A DNA stretch of 64,000 nt from Ptychomitrium polyphyllum (Eukaryota), in NCBI GenBank assembly GCA_973851085.1, contig OZ316776.1:12958001-13022000 (forward strand). The letters are read 5' to 3'. Of this stretch, positions 13,519 through 25,568 are shown one piece after another (position 1 is the stretch's first letter; each line of letters opens with the position of its first letter). The position numbers and the translations under genes are program-made. Under the pieces are notes generated by a model. The model did not search any database. It was not told where the DNA came from and worked only from the letters and a program-made list of their open reading frames with translations.

Positions 13519-16004
13519 CGTTGAATATTAGTGCAAGCAGTAGCTTGAAGAGGCACTGGAAATGGATGCTGGTAGTACCTGATGCTTACCTTCAGCTGAT
13601 GAAGGTCTCAGCACTCGGGAATCGGGTTAGGAGGACGAAATGTGAAGTGCGATACTATCTTATGTTGTAGAAGATTCGTAAAAGGGAACTTGAGTCACCC
13701 AATGTACAAGTTAAGTTAATCTCTTGTAGCACTCTGAATAAGAAGCTTGGTACAGAGGAAGATTCTTCCTGTGGATCCAAACACTGAAACGTCGTGATAA
13801 CCTAGCGTAGCTTAGAATATTAACATAAGAGCATCTTGCGACTTGTGTCAAGGGATGGCATGTTATGTAGTGTTTCAGAGACCCGTCTAGAGAACAAGGA
13901 AGTTAAGGACAAGGAATATTCTGGGCCACCTTGGGGCTCCAAAGTCAAGAATCAATTGTAAAATTGCCAAGGTGTATATAAGGGTTCACCGTTCACCGGA
14001 GGAAGCTGGCTCGGTCAAGGAGAACTTGCGCATACAGTTGGGAAACATGTCGCGTGCCACGACTGTGCAGTTTTCCTCAAGATTTAGAAGGTGTTGCATG
14101 AGATGTGCTGACACTCAGAGGAGAAGACACGCCGTTAAATTGCTGAGACCAAGTCGCTTTTTTCCTTGAAGTTCAGCTGGCCGTGGTTGGCTTGACTGGT
14201 ACAGTGTCTCTAGAGAGTTGTGCTTTTTATGTAAGCCTCAAAGAAGTCAGTTAAGTGTCACAAGGAGTCTAATCATGGAATTCAATCTGTTATAGTTCTT
14301 ACCTACACGACACTGAAATCATATGATAATTTCAATGTTTTTCATTTAGAAGATGCAATTTGTTGTTGTGAAGTTATCTATGAGCTTCTTGGTTGAATTA
14401 GTATCTCTTCATATTTAATCATCATATGCACATTTAAGAAATAATTTGACCTTAGACTTACCTTGAAAGATGTACATAGAGAAAATAGTGGTAGTGCGTA
14501 GATTAAAACCTGACGATATTGTAAGTCATGAATATTCTTCTTGTGAGTCTTCCCTGTCCACATTGACAAACCATGCATATCAAGCACGAATTCTCTCTAA
14601 AGACACTACCTTAGTCTATCCCACCCCTGCATTATAAACTTGTGTACAAGCTAATGTATTCACTTGATATTTCAGCTTTTTCTGCTTTCGGTTTTGGTTC
14701 CAGAAATCAAGGCTCTGGGACAGAGTTACTTTTTGCTAGATCGAGCTTCCAGCGGAGGATATAAAAAAACTGTTGAGATCATGACAAAATGTACTCTAGA
14801 TGCCGTCGGCCCACACTGGCCACTCGGTCCAAGCCAGGACAGGCTGAGCTGTTCCACCGTCATTGGATCTAGATCATCGAAAACCTAACGCTCTGCAAAC
14901 AGCAAAGGTTTCGACAAGAAGGAAAGGATTGTCGGAGCGAGAGACCCCAGGTTCCTGCTTCTCCCGTCCAACTTAATTAACTCAAGCCAGAGTCCTTGCA
15001 TGTTAGAAATCTGAACTAGTGTAGGAGCGGGGTCAGAAACGATTAGGAACTTCGATAAATCCTCACTTCTTTCTTTGCGTGAATACGAGGTTCTTGTGAG
15101 TGGGTGGGAAGTGCATCTAGTGCAGGTGGTGTGGTGCCTGTTCGGTCCGGCCAGGTTTACTTGCCGTACGTCCTTTCCGTGCTGGCCGTACATCTACAAG
15201 TGATCACTTCGTCACAAACTCGCTTAGACCGCGTGGACGAAATCACTGCTCTTCCACTTCAAGTTTGTGCTTATTTGAGCCACATCTTTCGTCTTCAGGG
15301 TTTAGGTTTAGAGCCACCTTCACGCTGCTGGAGAAGCCGTATGCAGAAGGGCATAGCGCACACGAAGGTACGGTGTAAGAATTGACGTAGACTAGTGACC
15401 TTGAGGGTTATGCTCTGATTTTTTTCAAAGACGAAAACAAAAAGTATCTTTGCGTTTTATGATATTTTTGAAGTAAGCAGACTGCAAAAGAATTTTGTGA
15501 CAACCATGCAAGTTCAGTTACAAACTTGTGACGTGACAGAGTAGGTGAAGATTTGATGAGAGTGCCTCCAAGTTCTGTCGGCGTTGCTAGATGGCCTTAT
15601 CCATTCTGTATTTCTGAAATTTTGGTTTACTAGCTTGGTTTTGGAGAGAATTCCAAATTCCAAGTTGGTCCAACAGACATGGTCGAGGATCCTTCGTGTC
15701 TCCCTGCAATCCTCAGGATACCACCATGTAATTGGTCCTCAAAGTATCTGCAACAATTGCAGGTTTATAATTTAGTAAATACTAATTAAATGGCCGGTTC
15801 TTTGGACTGGTGTGTTGTTTTTTTAGCTTTCTTGTGACTGTCGTCGCATCTGTAGAGATGATGCAGTCTTCTATTTTCCTTGGCAAGGAATTTTTTGGTC
15901 GAAAGTTGGATAGCAGATAGATTGTTGTGCAACATAGGTTACGGAGTCTATATGCAACCATTTCTCAGATCTATGGTTGATCTATGGCAAGACGGAGAAG
16001 TTTG

Positions 16005-16116
16005 GCTTTCAGTATCATCATACACTCTCTCCGTTTCCCTTCCAGCTTGTGTTGTGGTCACACATTCAAATTCATGTTGGGAGGGAATCGGAAAGAGTGC
16101 ATCATGATTTGCGAGC
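16005..16116 (+). ncRNA. MIR1023: miRNA precursor hairpin D, miR1023-like
   Basis: Arms ATCATCATACACTCTCTCCGTTTCCCTTCCAGC and GTTGGGAGGGAATCGGAAAGAGTGCATCATGAT pair at 29 of 33 positions. The 3p arm AGGGAATCGGAAAGAGTGCAT closely matches moss miR1023-3p as I remember it. Confidence 0.8.
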
Positions 16117-17424
16117 TTAAGGCTACCAACAGTTCATGGTGGAATCAACCAACAACTAACGGTCAACGAGCAGGTTGAATATCCACTTCACTTTCATTTG
16201 CTTTGCACCTTGGTCTTTCTGTCAGAACTTTGATCAGCCTGATTGAGTGTTGGTCAGCTTCAAGTTTTTGTGTTAAATAATTATCTGCTGGCCATACAGG
16301 ATTACTAAGTCTGTATATGCCATGCTACGAATCACATGATTGTATCTTGTGTGATGAATCAAATGGTGGAATCTATTTCTGTCTGTGAATCTGCATTTGA
16401 AACAGGTGTACAGGTGGGTGGAGATGTACATGAGCAGCGTCGGATAACCTGGATGTAGCTTGTATACAACTGATACGAGTTTCATCACAAAGGTTTGACC
16501 TTTGAGGAAACAGCATTGTATCATATGGTAGTGCTTGCACTCGTAGTTGATGTTAGTTTTGGCTCAAGTTTTGAAACTCTGATGTGTACTCAGACAGAAG
16601 ATTGTACTAGTTCACATAATGTGAAAAGGTTTGAAGATGTAAGTTATTGAAAGTTCAAGTGCATCTGCAGAAAGGTTGAGGATTGTTCCTTGTAGTTGTG
16701 ATATTTTTGAACTTGTGACACGTTTGGTTTGTGGTCAATCATTGTGCAATTTGTGTCACAATATCTTAACGTTTTGTTGTAAGACGTGCTATTCATCTGT
16801 GATTTACAGTCAAGTAATTTCATCTACCGCTACATTGGATTGATGGCAAAGGAAGGTTTGGGCAGTTGGCCCGCTATTGTTGCGATTGATGTACTCTGCA
16901 ATGATAAAAGACGTTAAAAGTATGACAACAATGCAAGTAGGCATTGATTGTGGGAGCATAAGCTCCTTGTAGTTGTGCACACAGCTGTTTCCCTCAATCT
17001 GATGTTTTTAAGGGCCAATCAGCATCAAATATGTGGCATGGTATGTATGTGTATGTGTGTGTGGATGGAATAATCCTCTTTTCCTAGTGTGAGTTATATT
17101 TTGGTCATATACTTGTACATACTTGTGGATTCCTTTTGTGTTGATAGGCCAAACTAAGTTTTGTACGATAAGTTTTCTTTGATAAATAAATTAGTAAAGT
17201 TACTCTTGATTGTACAGGTGATACGTTCTTCGAGGTAGAATGCTACATAGCTAATGCTTTATGTGTTACAAATGATGTTTGACCTACATTACAAGTTATA
17301 CTCTATAGATTTTAGATTGTATGGACTAAATTTCATGCAATTGAAACATTTTCATGTTTTCATTATAAAAAATAAAGTTTCTTATATAATAAGGTTAATT
17401 TTTCATAGTATGTTATAATGAAAA

Positions 17425-17570
17425 CAAGAAGCTTTTTGAAAAGTATTCTAAGAAATACAAGCATCATAGTATAGATAGGAGGCGAAATAAGGTATATCTT
17501 AATCTTGCCAACACAAGTTGTGGATTGTTAATTCTTGTTAATTATTAGCTCTTTGAAAGCTAAATTTTAC
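17425..17570 (+). mobile_element. Degenerate LTR fragment of the element-C family
   Basis: TAGTATAGATAGGAGGCGAAATAAGG..TCTTGCCAACACAAGTTGT..TTCTTGTTAATTATTAGCTCTTTGAAAGCTAA aligns with the element C LTR at about 49920-50090. Confidence 0.8.
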
Positions 17571-17789
17571 ACAAAAACCAAAACCATAATTAGCTTGTGT
17601 AATTAACTTGCCAATATCAACTTGTGTTGCCTAAATTGTATATTTAATGATTTGCTTTTTAACATCATTAAATATGTAATTTAACTTAATTTGAATTGAA
17701 TCTAAATAAATTATCATTATTATTCCAAAATATTTTTTTGTTCCAATATAATAAATATGGTGATATAAAATGTATTGCAAGTCCATAAA

Positions 17790-17890
17790 ATCTTCTTAAG
17801 AATTTTTTTAAGAAAGTAAAAGCTATTGAAAGTTGCTAGAAGCTACTAGAAATTATTGAAAAGTTCTTTAAGACTAAGTTGAAATATATA
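17790..17890 (-). mobile_element. Possible second, inverted and highly decayed fragment of the element-C-family LTR 5' end
   Basis: The reverse complement (CAACTTAGTCTTAAAGAAC..TTCTAGTAGCTT..ATAGCTTTTA) resembles the LTR start CAACATAGTCTTTAGAAC..TAGTAGCTTT..ATAGCCTTTT. Confidence 0.4.
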
Positions 17891-19678
17891 TGTTTATAAC
17901 ATTATATGTGCAAGAAAAAAAATGGTGTTTATCTTTTGTCATCATTGTTAGTGTTGAGGTTCAAAGGTCTATGAAAAAAATATACATCTTTCAACCCAAA
18001 TATTTTTTCTATCTTCTTGCTTTTTGCTCTTGCTTATTCCAAAATTATTATTATCTATTCAATACATAGATCTTTATTTTCATAATCTACAACTTTAGTA
18101 AATAATATTTTGAAATAATATATTTTAGGATTGTAAAATGGTTTGTACATGAAATATTATTTTTATTTTTATTACTAAAGATATTGAATTGGATGCATCT
18201 TTATATAAAACAAAGTGATGGATAATACTGATGCATTTGATAATTGTAAAAAGTGATTGTTGCAATTATATAAATTTTTGCTTCAAAAGTTATAACAAAA
18301 TTGATAGCAAATAATAAGAAAAAAAATACTAAGTACTTCCATTTATAAGAATTTATACTTAGATTTTTATATGTGGAATAAATTATTTCAAATCTACCTT
18401 TCACATTTCATCTAATCTAAAGGTATTTAATCTAAAATTACACAATCATTCTACAATGGACTATGCCAAGTAATCCTTTTAAATTATTTCAATACTATAA
18501 AATACAATGTCAAATATAATTTTGAATTATTTGTTGGACTTGAAATTTTTTGATGTTATAATTATAAATATTATCAATGAGCCTAAGGCAATTGCTTGAA
18601 TAAATTAAGAAAATTAAGAGAGTAAAAAAGTTGAATGATTCTTTCAATACAAATGAACTAAAATAGCTAAGTTTAATGAGAATTTAATCTAATCTTTGAT
18701 GCTTTCATTTTTTATGGTTGTTTGCTAAAATGGATTGGAATAAAATAAATGAATGACTAATTTAACAAATGAAGGTATAAAATTGCAAAAAAGAATTTAG
18801 GAATAGTAAGAAATAAGACATTAAAAGAAAATTAAATTAATAGCAAATATTCTAACTGTGGATAACACAAAACATTTGATAAAGCAAAATATTGGTTTAA
18901 TACTATTGAATATGGTTTACAATCATCCAATTAAAAAATCTTATTATCTAATTCATTTTCATATAGTATTCTAATAAGAAATTTATAGCGTAAATGTTCT
19001 TAACATTGGCTTTGATTTTTGTAACCAACTTACTAAATAATAGATATAGGATCATTAATTAGTACATTTTTACTATTTTGTATTTTATTTTCATACAAAT
19101 GGTGTTGTTTTTAATTGGTAGGTACAAAAAAAAATCTATGTTAAAATTTTAGTTAATTATTTTTTAAAATGAATAAGACTTTTTCTATCTCAAAAGTAAA
19201 ATTACAATAACAAACACCTTTAGAAGCACAATTTTCAATTAAATAAATCAAAAACACTAAATTTTTTTGGCTTTGTTTAATAACCTTGTTTAATACCAAA
19301 TCAAAAATTTCCTCCAAAATCACGTGATTGGCACAAGAAATTGATACGTTTACTTTCACTAAAAATACTCTTTTATCATCAAAGTAGAAGGCCCTCAGAT
19401 CATAAGAAACAACAATCCAAAAAATATAAGTTTCAAACATTTCGATTTCTGAATGGATTTAAAACACTCAAAAAATAAATGATTTAAAAAAGAATTACAC
19501 CCAGTTTCTTATTTGAACCTTGAATCAAATTCAAATTCTGTCACACATTTCTTTTCTATATTATACATATCTTAATCTACTCAATAACCATCATTCAGTC
19601 TATACTAACCAAACTATTGCCAGCAAACTACATTAACCAAATTATTGCGACCACTAACCAAACTAACCAAACACCTTT

Positions 19679-19798
19679 AAAAGTAGAAAGCGACTGTGAG
19701 CCAAAAGTAGAAAGCGACTGTGAGCCAAAAGTAGAAAGCGACTGTGAGCCAAAAGTAGAAAGCGACTGTGAGCCAAAAGTAGAAAGCGACTGGGAGCC
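19679..19798. repeat. Minisatellite, 24-nt unit x5
   Basis: Unit AAAAGTAGAAAGCGACTGTGAGCC occurs as four perfect copies plus one with a single T>G change. Confidence 0.95.
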
Positions 19799-21124
19799 AA
19801 GGAATTAGTGCAGAGAAAGAACAGTCCCTTTCAAACATGCCTCGACGTGCTCTACATCCATCGAGGACAGCATAATTGTAAATGCAATGCAAGCATCCGA
19901 GGACGGCACATTCATTCGTATACGGATGCTTTTCATCCTCTTGCATGATGCGGCGAGGCTGTGCAGCGGCGTTGCCGCGGCCATGGAGAGCGTGCGTTTG
20001 CTGCCTCGCTTGCAAGGAACTCTGCACACAGTCGGCAACACTAGGTTGACACGATCTTCGGGTACTCAAGCAGGGTGCACCTGCAGAGCGAACATCGGCT
20101 CTCAGAAGAGAGGAAGAGCTATTCCGGAGCCCCTGAGATCCACAGACTAGCTTACTGCAAACCAGTACAACTCCGGGGTTTACGACAAAGGAGCTAGTTT
20201 TTCCCAGTTCTGAAGTTTGTTGCTCAGTTGTCTCTGTGGCAGTGTAGAGCTCCTTCATTAGCCACAGTACTTCGTGTGCTTTTCATTCGCATCCTGGGAG
20301 TCTCCACTGCGTTTGCTGCAGGCGACCAGGTTGTTTCAGGTGAGAGTTCATTGAAGCTCGGGGTTTTAGAATTTGAGCTTTCTGTGTGTTGGTGAGAGGT
20401 GAGGTTATGTGGGGTGAGGATATCAGTTGTTTTTGGAAATGATGTAGTTTTAATGTAACTTTTGATGTTGTTCTGGGTATGTTGCATGGTGATGTCGATG
20501 TGGGTTTTGATGTGGTGAGGCTCTGATGTTGCGCTTAAAGCTCTGGTTTTGAGTCGCTTTGTTGATCGTATGGTTGAGCTTATATGGTTGTTGATGTCTT
20601 TCGTGTGGAATCTTTTGGTTTTTTTCTTCAGATTTGGATCTCTTGTTCGTGTGTGTGTGCACAGTTTGCCTAGTTTTTGGAAAGATTTATTGTTTGATTA
20701 TGAGCATTGTTGCGTTGAGTCGTTGAGTTTGTCCAGTTTGCTGTTTCTGTTCGAACAGTTTACTGTTTCTTTGTGGGGAGTACCCTCGTTTTACGGCGCT
20801 CTGGCAGGCTCTTACTGAGTGCAGTGTCATGGTAAAAGGCGGGTACTTTGGGGCATCTTTGATTATTAGAGCTTTGGAAGTTTATCGTTCGCTTCTGACT
20901 ATTAGATGTTTCGTTGTACCGCGTGTCTTCTTGTTTGTTTACTCGGTTCTTCGAAAGGTCATTGGCCGTTGAGGGCATCAATAGTTTAGGAGGATAATTG
21001 TTTAGAAATTTGGGATAGATGTTTAGGATCTCTAGATTGTTCGTATCTACTCTGATTTTCTATGCAAGGATTTTAGCGAGCCACGGCATCTTTTGCTCCG
21101 GGCACTTTTCGCATGTTCATCATC

Positions 21125-21172
21125 TATAAATGCCCGCTCCTCTTCTGTATCCACTTAAACCCTAAACCCTAG
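21125..21172 (+). promoter_or_regulatory. TATA box and tandem telo-box, putative NDUFAF6 core promoter
   Basis: TATAAAT at 21125-21131 is followed by AAACCCTAAACCCTAG at 21157-21172, about 370 nt upstream of the ATG. Confidence 0.5.
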
Positions 21173-21542
21173 CCTTTTCATGTGAGCCAGATTTCAGCTC
21201 AATCCTCTTGTCCATGCCGCCGGAACTTGGAGAACAGGGACTGTGATTGGCTATTAAAGGGCTTCTGCTTGATTATACCTGATTGAGTTCTTATACCGGT
21301 ATTTGTAAAGCTGTCTTGGTCATCAACGATGCAAGTCGCATTGAAAAGTGGTTTTGTATCGGTAACTTGTAGTTTGATGTGTGTTTTGTGCTGGGGCTCC
21401 TAGTTCGTGTTCCTTGTACACGAGTGATGATAGTTTTTTGTGGCCATTCCTGAGGATGGGAGAGATAGTTAGGGTTTTGAGTAATCATGATTGACATCTG
21501 GGTTTTGTAAACAGGCCAAGGTTTTGCAAGAACCAAGGCTTC

Positions 21543-24500
21543 ATGACCACTGCTGTCTCTTCCACCAAACTTCGGAATGCTCTCTCTTATTGTGTGCGAC
21601 AAGTCAGGTATGCTTCACGGTGTCTTTTGTTAGGGGTTCTACAATCTGCGTTGACGATAAGACCACCTGATGCCTTATAGTTTTGTGTTCGGAAGAGTCT
21701 TCTGAGGAGATGGAGTTGTACATCAGTATCTGATGTTGATTATGGGGCAGAACGAACGATTATGAGAACTACTTGTGTGCCTTGCATCTGCCGCCAGGCC
21801 CCCGTGCGGCTGCCTTTGCACTGAGAGCTTTCAACATTGAGACAGCGCAGGTATGAGACCATCCTTCGGCTTCTTCTCTTCTATGACACTTGCACCTTGA
21901 TTCTCTTCACTTGTTCCATATAGTTTAAACCTATGTACCAATCAAAAAATTAGGGTTTTGAGTGCAAAATTTAAGGATGTCCGAAATCTGTTACATTGTG
22001 GTGAGTGATGATCGTGATATTCTTTGCCCTTAATGGCTGGGATTGCGGGAACGAAGTAAACTATTTCTGGACATTGGTCAAATGCAATTACTGTGGACAG
22101 CATTCCATATGCATTTGCTTCTGAGATATGTGGACCGACTGAACCCAATTATTGATTTGTTCGTATTGCTATCAGTGTTTTTCTTGGCAAACCAGATTTC
22201 TTCGTCGTATCTTTTGATCTTATAGTTTAGAGTAACGAGAAATCAGAATTGATTTTACACAGGCTGGTGATATGAAAGAAACAAACTTGGCAATGATGCG
22301 ATTAGCGTGGTGGCGTGATGCTGTTGATGGATTATACAAGGTCGAAGCGTTTCCTTCTTGCTAATTCTTTAAGTGTCTCTGTCTAACGATCACCTTCCAA
22401 TTTCAAGCTCAGACTTATGTGCCTTACAAGCAGCTTCTGAGATCTGGTAGTTTGAGATGAATAACAATACGTTGATCAGCTAATGTTATCACGACCCCGT
22501 TGTCGGGTCTGTTGGTATACTCATGCTCGGATCTTTTGAAAGATATCATGGTTCTATTTTCGAAATATATTTTTTCCTTCAGATATTTGAAGTAGTTGGC
22601 CTATCCCACTATTTTCGGTACCTCAGTTAGACCTCTTTAGAATCATTTATCTGGTTTTGTGAAGTAGTATGACTAGACGTGTTGTCTTTGCAAGTAGCTA
22701 CAGCGTTGAGCTGGCACTGTTAGGTGCCATATCTCGACGTGTTTAGAGGTTTAGTGTGATGAAAACATCAGACGTTTCTACTCATGTTTTGTCTTTTAGA
22801 ATCGAGTCCTCATATTTTGAGTGTACTCAACAGAAAAGGACGTTGGAGCATCCAGTTGTTCAAGCGCTTGGAGCTGTCATTAACGAGAACCGTTTGAGCA
22901 AACATTGGTTTACACGCCTACTCGAGGCTCGGGTATGTTCGATGGAATTTTTTATATGTTTTTGAAATTGCTGCACTCCAAGTTCATTGTCTTCAAGGAT
23001 TCATATTTCATCATTGCTTTGTTACTTTGCCACCATATTGCTTTGGGTTCTCTCGCCTGTGATGCAACCTGCTTTCTCCCAGGAACATGAAAATATGACT
23101 TGTTGCAACCTGTACCACATGAAATCACGAGATTCTCTGGTTTTGCTCTTGCTTGTTGATTTTGTTTATTGACGTTGTAGTGCACTGTTTTGACATTGTG
23201 TCTCCTGTGTTGACTGTCTTATAGATGATGGATTTGGATTCTACATCGCCTTTGAGTATTGCGGAAGTTGAACGGTATGCTGTTATATACACCATCTTGT
23301 GGATCAATGGAACTATCAAGCTCTCGCTGGTTAACGTTTTTGCCAGCTAAAAGTCTATAATTTTTCCATGATAATGCCGGGGAATGTTAAAATGTAAAAT
23401 TATGTACCAAGTAATTCTCACAAGAAACTGGTTTTGTGAAAGGTATGCTGAAGATACTGCTTCATCACTCTTGTATCTGACTCTGGAGGCATCCGGTGTA
23501 CGCAACACATTAGCTGATCATGCGGCTTCCCACATTGGTAATCTTTTAAATTTGTCTTAGGGTTGCAAATTTTTATGCTGGTCTGGATCCAGAATTATGT
23601 AGTAGTTTATGAAATCTATGCAGCGTGCTCACCACTCATTCGTGGCTTTTTTACTTTGATATTGTTGACTTATCTGTTCAAGTAGTTAACTTAGTAAGAA
23701 TGCGAGAGGGTCTGAGATTTACGTTTCAGTGTAGGGTTAAGATCAAATTTTTTGCAAGCCCATGCTTTCAGAGTTATGTAAGACTACTGAGAATAGTGCT
23801 TTCGACTCACCAAAAACTTTAACAGAGATATCACCCTGATATCACCCTTCTTTATGTCACCCTTATATCATCGCTAGGCTTGGACATCAATCAGGTCTTG
23901 TTTGATAGATAATATTCTGAAATATTTTAGCTGGCACTCACTTGTGAACACGTCTTTGAATACTGAGTAGTTTCACCAGCCCAAGAAATATAAATTTGAC
24001 TACAGGTTTCGTTTCGAGATGCAGGCAAAACAGCAGGGATGGGGCTTCTGCTCCGTGCTTCTCCTTATCATGGGGCTCGCCGCCGATCTTATATACCACT
24101 TGAGACCGCGGCTAAAGTGAGGGTGCAGAAATCAAGGAATCACCCGTTATTGATTTGTTGAAACATTATCACTTTTAAAGTATTATCTAACTTTTTATAC
24201 GAGTAGTGGAATTGGAAACCTATAATTTTCAGACTTGGTTTGCCTGATGGTGTTTCTAATCCACGGTCTAAAATATGGCGGTTTCCTGTGGCCCCATGAC
24301 AGTATGGACTGGCTCAGGAAGAAATATATCGTGGGCAGAATATGGAAGCTTTAGCAAACGCAGTTCACGAGGTATCATTTTCAGGCAAATCGTATGCATG
24401 CCTGTGAATCCTCTTGTAGTTCACGTCTTGATTACTGTTTCGTGGTTCTAAAGCAGTTGCGATGCTAAAGTTTAAGATGCCTGGAAGGTCTATTTCTGTT

Positions 24501-25030
24501 TTCCTGGTAAACACTCCTTTAATTGTAAGAGCAATGGTGTTGGTGAGCATGCAGGTTGCTTCCGTTGCAAATTCGCACTTGGAGAAAGCACGTTCACTTG
24601 CTTCGACAGTCCCTACCTCAGCAATACCCGTGCTTTTACCTGCGGTACCTCAACAATACACTTCGCAAGCACCCTCCATTAGATGTTGATTGTTCTATGA
24701 TGATTTTAAATTCCTACTGTAATTTGTTCTGTGTTCTAACTGTTGTCGATCTGATTTGATAACTGTAAGTAGTTTCAGTTATACTGTTACAGAGTAGGAA
24801 CCCGGAATACAACGTTCTTAAGGGTTTGGAATGTTCTAATGAGTTACTGCAATTTACGCCTTTGACACATCTTTGCTGTTTCACAGGTACCGGCAGGAGT
24901 GTTGCTACAAACTTTAGAGCGAGTCAACTTTAATGTATTTGATCCCAAATTAGTACGCGGTGTTTGTGGCATATCTCCTTTATGGATGCATTTTAAGTTA
25001 AAATGGCACGCCTACAAGGAAACTTATTAG
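21543..25030 (+). CDS. NDUFAF6: NDUFAF6-like complex I assembly factor (squalene/phytoene synthase superfamily), about 293 aa, 10 exons
   Basis: Exons 21543-21607 ([13 protein letters not shown]), 21751-21850 ([25 protein letters not shown]), 22263-22340 ([11 protein letters not shown]), 22834-22932 (HPVVQAL), 23225-23274, 23443-23537 ([23 protein letters not shown]), 24025-24116, 24303-24371, 24555-24644, 24887-25030. All junctions are GT-AG and the total is 882 nt in frame. Confidence 0.92.
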
Positions 25031-25544
25031 CCTCTTAGATACTTGTGCTCGTTCAGTTTTTTTGGATGGTATGACCGTGGTCAGCGTAATTTATCAGTAC
25101 TCTCCTTGTTTGATGATTGCTCTAGTTTTAGTTGGCAAGAATTATGAAGGTACTGGTCATATCACTCTTCAACTGGTAGTTTGATTGAAGATGTTGCGTA
25201 GTCATTCTATCTCTTCCAGGTTGCCCCCAGGTTACCACAGCAAACCATTTGTGGCTGTGTTTCCCTTGAGGTATGCTGTCAGGATGATGCAATTGACAGA
25301 TGTTTATGTTGTGACCTTCATGATTATTTTTCATAGCAATTAACCTAATAGTTCTTGTAAGAACATAACAGTCTTCAAAAATTGTTGCAACTCACCCTTA
25401 CTTTGGAAAAGTAAAAATCATCAATAAATAACTGTAAAAGTATATGGCAACAAATGCTTAGAAGCTCAAATCTAGTTTAATGATTTGGCATATTTTGTTG
25501 CCTTCAAATGATATCTTGCATCTTGCATCTAACCATGCATACAA

Positions 25545-25568
25545 ATATATATATATATATATATATAT
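25545..25568. repeat. (AT)n microsatellite
   Basis: About 12 consecutive AT dinucleotides. Confidence 0.9.

Noticed and set aside
14664..15400. Short ORFs between hairpins C and D
   Set aside because: No recognisable domain or consistent splice model; more likely promoter or pri-miRNA sequence.
19679..19798. CRISPR-like array or KVESDCEP/WLTVAFYF repeat protein
   Set aside because: The repeats are contiguous with no spacers and the context is eukaryotic. The ORFs arise simply from a stop-free 24-nt unit.
21240..21285. Possible C/D-box snoRNA downstream of the telo-box
   Set aside because: No proper RTGATGA C box or terminal stem.
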